NCBI GenBank assembly: GCA_022865215.1
Contig: JALIDP010000003.1
Span: 1 to 50,501 of the forward strand
Direction of reading: 5' to 3'
DNA: 50,501 bases
Source of the DNA: Candidatus Nanohalarchaeota archaeon QJJ-7
GTDB lineage: Archaea > Nanohalarchaeota > Nanosalinia > Nanosalinales > Nanohalalkaliarchaeaceae
Shown: piece by piece, positions 37,301-44,088 of the stretch
Position numbering within the stretch: position 1 is the first letter of the stretch
How the letters are laid out: each line of letters starts with the position of its first letter
The notes under the pieces: model-generated
The model's database searches: none
What the model was told of the DNA's origin: nothing
What the model saw: only the letters and a program-made list of their open reading frames with translations
Program-made: the position numbers and the translations under genes

Positions 37301-40300
37301 ATCCTCAGAGTTCACCGGCACACTACCGTTTACAACGTCCTCTATCACTTTGAGGACAGGATTCTCCTCTACCACGGCAGTTAATGTGTCCGAGGAGTTC
37401 TCCAGGCCCCCGTCAGGGTTGATCCACTCACTGCTCGCCGTCAACGAGTAGTTCCCGGGCTCAGTGGCGTTCGGTACCTCCGGGAAGAACGTACGGGTAC
37501 AGGACTCTGAGATGTTCAGGTCTCCACACTGCCTGGCAGATACATTAGCCCCCCATCCCGGCGGAAGGGAGACACTTGCGTTCGTTGAGAAGGCGAACGC
37601 CTGGTCTGGGTATGATGGGTCTATGTTGGTGGAATTGGATTTGAAATCCAGAGTTTCCCCATGAGCCAGTGTGACGTTTTCCGCGGTTATATTCCCTGGA
37701 GGTATAGTACTGGTAGAAACATCTGTCTCACCTATAACATCCACAGATACGTTTAGATTATCGAACCTCCTGTCGGACGAGACGTTCAGTGTCCCGTTGT
37801 ACAGCCCGGGATCGTATCTCTTGGGAACGTGCACTGAAACGCTCACAGACCGGTTTTCCCCAGGTCGAATGGTGGAGATGTTCTCGGGTGAGAACCTGGT
37901 CGAAAAGTTCTCACACACCTGTCCGGATTCCGGAGAACAGGTGAAGTTCACGTTCGACAGGTTTGTGTTACCCAGCGAACGGACGGTGAACTCTCCCACC
38001 GTCTCCGACCTACCACCACCGAAATCCGCCGATATAGAATCCTTCGAGACGTTTATCACAGGGTTTTCCAGCACCTCTACAGGGAACGAATCGTTGGTCT
38101 CGTTCGAAGAATCATCGGGGTTCACCCATTCTGCAGAAGTGTTCACCTTGAAGTTCCCGGGAGACGTGCTCTCAGGTATCTTGGCGGAAAGGTTCCTGCT
38201 GCAGAACTCTCCAGGTCTTAAATCCCCGCACTGTATCGTCGAGGTGTTCAGCGTCCAGTTCTCCGGATGGGTGAAACTGGCGTTAGTGCTGTAGGCGGTA
38301 CCGTTCTCCGGGTTGGAAAAGTTAGCCAGGAAGGTGAAGTTCTGGGAATCCCGAAGTGAGATGTTCCCTGCCTCGAACGATGAGGGGAAGAAAGAGGTGT
38401 CCAGGACTACCTTCGCCACCTCTGATGTTATAACACTCGTATCATTACCCAGATTGCCGGAACGTGTTCCGTTACATGCCAGAGTGTGGTCTCCAGATGG
38501 TGAAGGAGCTGTGAAGTTGATACTGTATATACCGTTCCCGAACTCCGAGACGTTCTCGATCTCTGATCCGTCGATGCTGCACCGGGCCTCGGCTCCTTCT
38601 ATCCTTTTGTCCTGCCGGAAGGTCTCCAGTGTAAGATTGGCCTTCACCACTTTACCTATTACCTCCACCGGGTCCGCCACCGTCAGGTTCGCGAAGTACT
38701 CGTCGGTCACAGTGAAACGCGAAGTGTGGTGATCGAGATCGATGGACTCGTTGGTCTCCGCGGAAACGTTGAGGGTCCATTCCCCGACGTTCGAATCGGT
38801 TCCCAACTGATATTGTCCGTCCCAGAGCGCCCATGAACCTGTACCGTCGTTCGACAGTATGCGCGTTACGTCATCTGTATCCGTCGAGGTGTTCATATCC
38901 AGGACCGCTGAGACGTTGGAGGTGACGTTGAAAGGGTCGCTCGTGATGTTCCCTAGGAGCCGAACATTCTCCCCGCGGTTGTAGACTGTCTCGTTCGTTG
39001 ACGCCTCTACAGTCGCGGAATAAGTATCAGTATCCTTCTGCACCACTGACGGCTGGTTCTGGAACATCCTGGTCAGTTCTACCGCAAACTGGTTTATACC
39101 GTCCCCTAAAACGGTTCCTCCTGGAGAGAAAAACGTGGTCTGGGAGAACGAATCTCCAGGCTGGAGGGTGACCGGAGACATGTTCATACCCGCCCTGAAA
39201 CGGTTATCCGGGAGATCGTGGGTTGTGGCCAGGAAGTCTCCTCCTTGCTCATTTAGGTTCATGAGACCCACGAAGATGTTCGGTCCATCGTCCCGCGGGT
39301 GCACCCATGAGAAAGGATCTGTAGAGTTCGTTACATCACTGATAGGTCTGTTCCCTGACAGGGTCCGGTTGACATCGACCGCCAGTCCTCCGCCGGGAGT
39401 GGATTCTATCGTTAGATCCGAATCGTCGACGTTCTCCACAGTCTGCTCTATCTTTGCGTACCCGACCTCGTCACTCCCGGTAGTGCCTGAGAGGTTGTAG
39501 AACCTGTACTTCTTTGTAACTTTCAGCCGTTGACTCTGATCCGGGATCCCGTAAAAGTCCTGGAAACCGCGCTGTGTGACCGTCAACCTTAGAGGTCCTG
39601 TAGTGAACGAAACGTTGTGCGACAGGTTGAATGTGAAGTCGTGGGTCCCGTTGGTGTACTCGATGTACTCTGCAGTTCTCGCTCCCTTATCTACAGACAT
39701 TATAGGGTCTCCGTAAAGTCCAGAGTACGACTGAGCACGTACTAGGCCAGACGTGTTATCTCCGCGTTCCGTGTCCACCGTATAGTTGAACTTGGAGGTG
39801 TTGACAGTGAACTGTTCCCCTCCCTCACTATACTCGATCGAAGTAGGGAAGGAAACCCCGGGTTTCTCCCCGTGGTCCTTGCTGTCGAAATAGACGAAGA
39901 AATAACGGGTGGTTCCTCCCGTTGTAGTGCCGTTGAGCATGAAGGTGAGGGTTCCGTGGGCGTTGGTAGAGACGTTGTATCCACTTCCCTCGTCGAACTG
40001 GTAGGGGACCTCGTGCATCTTATCTCCCTGAGGACCGTACTCGAACACGCGGACCGAAGACCTGTCGAAGTCCCCAGTGTTGTTCTCCCCCTCCAGAAGG
40101 GCTGTAAAGTTCATCTGACGTTCTATCGGCCAGTTCTCTGTATCCGTATCAGCGGTTATCTCGAACCCGACACGGTGCCTCCAAGTAGTGTTGTGCCACT
40201 CGAACTCGGTAGTTTCCGCCGCGCCCACGAAGATAGCGGTTATCACAGATAGAGACATCAAAAGCAGCAACGCGAGGAGTATCTTGAAGGTTCGGGCAGA

Positions 40301-40357
40301 GAGATCCAGTGACGGAAGCTCTCCTTCCAGATTGTGAAGATAGGTGTAGTTTCTCAC
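34373..40357 (-). CDS. Giant (1994 aa) surface glycoprotein/adhesin: DUF2341-like N-terminus, many Ig-like repeats, helical bundle, TM, cytoplasmic tail
   Basis: GTG start after GGAGGG; W-NT-W-HR…FD-SVRV-E…PYQFD; tandem ~230-aa repeats; very many N-x-S/T sequons; TM near aa 1895-1915. Confidence 0.85.
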   Translation of the reverse strand: MRNYTYLHNLEGELPSLDLSARTFKILLALLLLMSLSVITAIFVGAAETTEFEWHNTTWRHRVGFEITADTDTENWPIERQMNFTALLEGENNTGDFDRSSVRVFEYGPQGDKMHEVPYQFDEGSGYNVSTNAHGTLTFMLNGTTTGGTTRYFFVYFDSKDHGEKPGVSFPTSIEYSEGGEQFTVNTSKFNYTVDTERGDNTSGLVRAQSYSGLYGDPIMSVDKGARTAEYIEYTNGTHDFTFNLSHNVSFTTGPLRLTVTQRGFQDFYGIPDQSQRLKVTKKYRFYNLSGTTGSDEVGYAKIEQTVENVDDSDLTIESTPGGGLAVDVNRTLSGNRPISDVTNSTDPFSWVHPRDDGPNIFVGLMNLNEQGGDFLATTHDLPDNRFRAGMNMSPVTLQPGDSFSQTTFFSPGGTVLGDGINQFAVELTRMFQNQPSVVQKDTDTYSATVEASTNETVYNRGENVRLLGNITSDPFNVTSNVSAVLDMNTSTDTDDVTRILSNDGTGSWALWDGQYQLGTDSNVGEWTLNVSAETNESIDLDHHTSRFTVTDEYFANLTVADPVEVIGKVVKANLTLETFRQDKRIEGAEARCSIDGSEIENVSEFGNGIYSINFTAPSPSGDHTLACNGTRSGNLGNDTSVITSEVAKVVLDTSFFPSSFEAGNISLRDSQNFTFLANFSNPENGTAYSTNASFTHPENWTLNTSTIQCGDLRPGEFCSRNLSAKIPESTSPGNFKVNTSAEWVNPDDSSNETNDSFPVEVLENPVINVSKDSISADFGGGRSETVGEFTVRSLGNTNLSNVNFTCSPESGQVCENFSTRFSPENISTIRPGENRSVSVSVHVPKRYDPGLYNGTLNVSSDRRFDNLNVSVDVIGETDVSTSTIPPGNITAENVTLAHGETLDFKSNSTNIDPSYPDQAFAFSTNASVSLPPGWGANVSARQCGDLNISESCTRTFFPEVPNATEPGNYSLTASSEWINPDGGLENSSDTLTAVVEENPVLKVIEDVVNGSVPVNSEDNLGNFTLESLGNVNVSNTDFSCIEGSGAVCDNFTTEFSPSNISAIEPGENRSVTVNVSVPSRFPAGEYTGTLNASSSGSHDLLTLDVTVPETRSWSLDPLSCETSSDPAVGVACRPTVNNTGNTGLNITISPEEANNTAPEPRNFSVPFGSSERFNMTYNVTGVEEEVHNANYNISTLKESAVRWRELDVTVLPAVAPKINITMDPYLARQNDTLEILANVTATSGFPLDQVRANVTQPGNVSVMSNMRRVENLTNVSSESSKWGLYYPNGTSDPLANTTFRGNYTVNVTANDTLGNDGFSTDSFKIAAKLSTELETLFENYDRGDEGSISYRLEDFFGDGIGGASVNLTIWKSDNFQLPLEQSNPFTTSPEVNEGYIDPRPTFDLADDAPLGIYDLEAEAEWYDPVTNRTEEENASSTFAVGEAGDFKVRWDAGSVWYGGANFTTYVSLYKGENRVNADMMNITVYESSGEVFKNFNQTDVQKRGKGLYSTFWELPEDPEKGIYWTKLVVENDGDKAVRFQSFRMATDEVATGPFDIRLSPLEFTEKQGEFLDFNVTIINMGTESGDSKLTYWVTKNGTEYSYVSETVYTEAGKNLTIPRNVFIFGDQPPGTYKLNAKVEPLDSSIEPATASSTFKVEEAVEEEDEVTVEEETETVEKEVPPEEPEPEPLQTNLSIIDAPEELNLARGVSTYNSITIANTGETELENLTTNVVGVPSGWVSVDPADPVSLPVQETTTFTVSFEPSKDAERRDYNGTILATSNLASGQQPVDISVFRSMEAKIREDIQRLGERLEEVKVRMEALQEEGADVSGVETMVQEIEVTIQNANESLQDEEFEKAMQSISEAEGLIGEAETAIERIEVPETRKPFDILPLAVGAIVFAVIILLLVYAFRFRGVSPLEGAQHRFRDVFREMHKRRIKEQEELKEEKRKTKRLIELLDAQHEEEIMEDATYEELKSSAEDKLRRINSQLEES

Positions 40358-40526
40358 GATTACCCTCCGGAATGGCGCAGCTGTTTGATATATCTCTCGC
40401 CTTGTATAAAAGGGTTCTGGACCTTTCTAAGCCGTTAATCGGCGGAAATTCTGATAGAACCCCTTCAACATCATCTCCACAACCTATTTAATTGGGAAGA
40501 AGTCTATATTCAGGATAGGAGTTACC

Positions 40527-41645
40527 ATGGACTTCGACAGCTTCCGGACCATATTCTCTGCCGAAGAAAGTAGTGGAGAGCAGGAAAATTCTGCTGAAAA
40601 TCGCGACCTGGCAACCGGCAGTGTTGACGCCCAGCTATCCAAGCTGGAGAACAGGCAGATAGAACTGGAGAAGAGACTGGAAGAGATCGCTGTCGACACG
40701 ACTTTCGACAGGGAATGGGTCAACAACCAGATCGAGCACGTGGAGGACAAGCTGAAGAACACCGCCATCGAGGAGAAGGTGGACAGGACCCGTCTCAGGG
40801 AGCAACTCGACGAGATCCAGGAGACAACAGCCCGTGAGGCGATGGTAGAGGAAGAGTTCGAGAGGATGAAAGATAATCTCGATGATCTTGCGACTTCTCT
40901 GAGGAACGACATAGAAGATATGAGAGAGATGTTAGGCAGACTCCAGGATGACAAGGTCGATGGAGAAGATTTCGAGAACCTTGAAGCACAGGTCTCGGAG
41001 GTGGAGAGGAGCCAGGAGGAGCTCTATGAAAAGATAGAACAGCAGTCCAAAAAGGAAGAACTGGAAGAGGTAAAAGACACCGTTTCTGGGCTGGAAGACA
41101 CCCAAAAGAGCCTCTCAGCCGATGTTGAAGGCCTGGATAGGTCTCTGGACAGGATTGAAAACCTTGAAGAAGAAGTCCAGGAACTCCGGGAAAAGGCATT
41201 AACCCCCGGACAACTGGAGGAAGAACTCCATAAGATCAAAGATGCAGTCATGGACGATATATCCTCTCGCCTGGAGCATTACGTTACTTCTGAAGAGCTT
41301 ACAGGTACTGTCGAGGATGAGCTGGAGGAATTCCGTCTCAGACTGGATGAGCAGACAGAGGCACTGAACTCCATGAACCAGGTCAGGAACCGGGTCAAGG
41401 GGCTGGAAGATAAGGTCGAGGAAGTCGGATCAAAACAGGAAGCTCTCGAGGAAGAGACATTCAAGGTCGGACGGGAAGTCGAGGATATAGACGAGGTCGA
41501 GGAAGACCTCCGGGAACTCGCGGGACAGGTAGAGGAAGTTCAGTCATCGATGGAAGGATACGCGCGCCAGGAGGAGATAGAGAAGTTGAGAGATAGTATA
41601 AAGGAACTATCCGATCTTACACTGAAGATTGCCGATCAGGTATAG
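40527..41645 (+). CDS. Long acidic coiled-coil protein
   Basis: Near-continuous heptads over about 330 aa; no TM. Confidence 0.8.
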   Translation: MDFDSFRTIFSAEESSGEQENSAENRDLATGSVDAQLSKLENRQIELEKRLEEIAVDTTFDREWVNNQIEHVEDKLKNTAIEEKVDRTRLREQLDEIQETTAREAMVEEEFERMKDNLDDLATSLRNDIEDMREMLGRLQDDKVDGEDFENLEAQVSEVERSQEELYEKIEQQSKKEELEEVKDTVSGLEDTQKSLSADVEGLDRSLDRIENLEEEVQELREKALTPGQLEEELHKIKDAVMDDISSRLEHYVTSEELTGTVEDELEEFRLRLDEQTEALNSMNQVRNRVKGLEDKVEEVGSKQEALEEETFKVGREVEDIDEVEEDLRELAGQVEEVQSSMEGYARQEEIEKLRDSIKELSDLTLKIADQV

Positions 41646-41690
41646 CACAATCGTAAGACTATTTAATATCCAGCCCCTCTTAACCCTTGA

Positions 41691-42464
41691 ATGGCAGAAG
41701 AAACTATAGCCATCCTTTCAGGTAAGGGTGGGGTCGGCAAGACTTCTATAAGTGCCAACCTTGGGAGTATACTCTCCCATGTGTTCGACAAAGAGGTTGT
41801 GATAATAGATACCGATGTCACGACCTCCCATCTGGGAGTTCATATGGGTTTCCACTACAACCCGGCCACGATAACCTCTGTTCTCCAGGGAGAGCACGAC
41901 CCGGAAGAGAGCGTCTATGAACACGAGACAGGGGTAAAAGTCGTGCCTGGAGCGCTGAACTACGACGAGGTGAAAGAGGTGGACGTCTACAATATAGGCG
42001 AGATAATAGATACTGTCGCAGAAGGAGCCGATTACGCTATCCTCGACTGTAGCCCCGGTCTGGACCGGGAGGCGAGCGCAGCTCTCCGGGCTTCGGACCA
42101 GGCGCTCTACATCGCCCGCCCTTCCTTCACCTCGGTTATAGACGTTGTAAGGACAGATTCCCTGCTTGAGGATCTCGAAACCCCTGCCATGGGGGTGGTC
42201 CTCAACATGGTCCGGGGCAAGAAACACGAGATCGGTCACGATGAGGTGGAGAGCTTCACCGGGATAGATGTCATCGGTAGCATCCCCTACGACGATGCGA
42301 TGGAGGAGAGCGCTGCCCAGGGAACACCTCTGGCCATTTACGAACCTGATTCTCCTGCAAGCAGGGCTATAGAGGACCTTGCCGTGGAGATAATAGGGGG
42401 AGAATCCGAGAAGAAGAGGAGTGGACTTGTCCGTAAGATCCGGGAGTTATTCCCCCGTCTTTGA
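41691..42464 (+). CDS. minD: MinD-family ATPase
   Basis: SGKGGVGKT, IDTD, DCSPGL, GVVLN, IPYD and SPAS; C-terminal amphipathic helix GLVRKIRELF. Confidence 0.9.
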   Translation: MAEETIAILSGKGGVGKTSISANLGSILSHVFDKEVVIIDTDVTTSHLGVHMGFHYNPATITSVLQGEHDPEESVYEHETGVKVVPGALNYDEVKEVDVYNIGEIIDTVAEGADYAILDCSPGLDREASAALRASDQALYIARPSFTSVIDVVRTDSLLEDLETPAMGVVLNMVRGKKHEIGHDEVESFTGIDVIGSIPYDDAMEESAAQGTPLAIYEPDSPASRAIEDLAVEIIGGESEKKRSGLVRKIRELFPRL

Positions 42465-43730
42465 TTCCAGCCAGTCTACGAGCGTCGTCCTGCCCTTTCC
42501 TTCCCTTTCAGCCTCCAGGAGCTCCTGCACATCCACGTTCTGCTCCTTGACCGCCTCCTTCACCTCCTCTACCGACTGGTCAAGGATATCATAGTTATCC
42601 TCATCATCTACTTCCTCATTTTCCTCTTCTGAACCATTAGTATCCTCCTCTTCTCCTTCATCTTCTCTGAGTTGCTCCTCTTCAATCTCCGCACCCGCGG
42701 CCTCTTCCAACTTCTGCCACTCCTCAACCAGCTGCTCTTTGATATCCTCCAGCTTCTCCTCGTTAGCCTCCTTTATCTTCTCGTACTCGCTGGTAGATAT
42801 CTGACCCTCCTCGTACTGCTCCTCAAGGTCCTCCAGGAAGCTTTCGATATCTTCTCTCTCCTTCCTCAACTCGTTTATCGGCTCGGGAAGACTCATATCT
42901 GCCAGGGGCGCGATCTCCTCGTACTCGCTCATCTGGCTCTCTATCTCGTGGATGCGCTCCCTCACCTTGTTCAGTTCTGACTCTTCGACCGCGTCATCGA
43001 CCTCTATGGAGAGATCATCCAGCTTCCTGAACATGTCCGAGGTCTTCTCCTGTATACTGTCCACCTGGGCCTTGTAGGTGCTGTACTCGTCCAGTTTCTT
43101 GTTTATCTTCACGTTTATCTTCTCGGACTTGTTCGCCAATCTCTCGATATACTCTTGAGCCTCGCGTATCTGGCTCAGCTTCTCCTCGAACTCGTTGTTC
43201 AGGTCTATAAGGTTCTCCATGCTTCCAAGATCGTTCAGTGTCTCCTGAACATCTTTGGATGTCTGTTCCACCCTCTGTAGTTTCTCCTCCACCTTCTGTA
43301 TGTCGGCCGAGTTCTCCTCTATAGAGGCCTGGAGACTGTCTATCTTCTTCTCGAACTCCTGGGGCTCTATCTCCTCCACCTGGTCCTTCAGCAGGTCCAC
43401 ATCGGATTCGATATCGTTCACCGTCGCCTCCTGACCATGGACCATCTCCCTTATCTCCCCTATGCTCTGGGACATGTTCTGCATCCTGTCCTCCACGGCA
43501 TTCTCCTCCTCCTTGAGCATATCGACCGTCGATTTGAGCCGCTCGAGATCTATCTCCACAGAACCTACATCTCCCGCACCGGATGAACCGCCGTCCGGCT
43601 CTGGATCGCTCTCCTCAGGAGAGGAATCCTCCTCTCCACCGTCATCCCCGCCACCCACCTGACTGGCCAGCTTCTTGATGTTCTCCTCGTTTATCTCCTC
43701 TACCTCTTCCGAACCATCTTCATCCGGCAT
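42447..43730 (-). CDS. Long coiled-coil protein with SHOCT-like hairpin and C-terminal helical module
   Basis: Heptads around aa 60-275; LEEQYEEGQISTSEYEKIK; YDIL…AEREGKGRTTLVDWL. Confidence 0.8.
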   Translation of the reverse strand: MPDEDGSEEVEEINEENIKKLASQVGGGDDGGEEDSSPEESDPEPDGGSSGAGDVGSVEIDLERLKSTVDMLKEEENAVEDRMQNMSQSIGEIREMVHGQEATVNDIESDVDLLKDQVEEIEPQEFEKKIDSLQASIEENSADIQKVEEKLQRVEQTSKDVQETLNDLGSMENLIDLNNEFEEKLSQIREAQEYIERLANKSEKINVKINKKLDEYSTYKAQVDSIQEKTSDMFRKLDDLSIEVDDAVEESELNKVRERIHEIESQMSEYEEIAPLADMSLPEPINELRKEREDIESFLEDLEEQYEEGQISTSEYEKIKEANEEKLEDIKEQLVEEWQKLEEAAGAEIEEEQLREDEGEEEDTNGSEEENEEVDDEDNYDILDQSVEEVKEAVKEQNVDVQELLEAEREGKGRTTLVDWLESKTGE

Positions 43731-43732
43731 CG

Positions 43733-44023
43733 CTAGGACAACAGCTCCTTGTTGGTCTTCTTCGCTTCATGGTAAGAGTTTTCAGATATACTGGCGGTCC
43801 GGTAAGCCTCCTCCAGGTGAGAAAGCAGGCTCTCTACCCTCTCCTCATCGTTTATTATCTCCTGACGTCTCTTCTTCTCCGATAGCCACTCCAGCAGTTC
43901 CTCGCGTTCCCGGTTCTGTTTCTCAACCTCCATCATCATCTCTATAAGCTCAGGTTCCTCAATCTCAGCTTCCTGGATTTTCTCCATCTCGTTCTCCAGT
44001 ATCTTCTGGACGCGTTCTTCCAT
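43733..44023 (-). CDS. Small two-module helical protein (about 96 aa)
   Basis: Likely start MEERVQ, with CTTAAG about 25 bp upstream; EVEKQNREREELLEWL plus LEEAYRTASISENSY. Confidence 0.7.
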   Translation of the reverse strand: MEERVQKILENEMEKIQEAEIEEPELIEMMMEVEKQNREREELLEWLSEKKRRQEIINDEERVESLLSHLEEAYRTASISENSYHEAKKTNKELLS

Positions 44024-44088
44024 ACGGATAGGTTCGCAGCCCTTGCTTAAGTTGTTTGTGCCCGGAGAGGCTGAATCCATCCCAAGAA

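Noticed and set aside
40527-43730. SMC/Rad50 or chemoreceptor identity for the coiled-coil proteins
   Set aside because: No Walker A/B, signature or zinc hook, and no MCP hairpin-tip motif.
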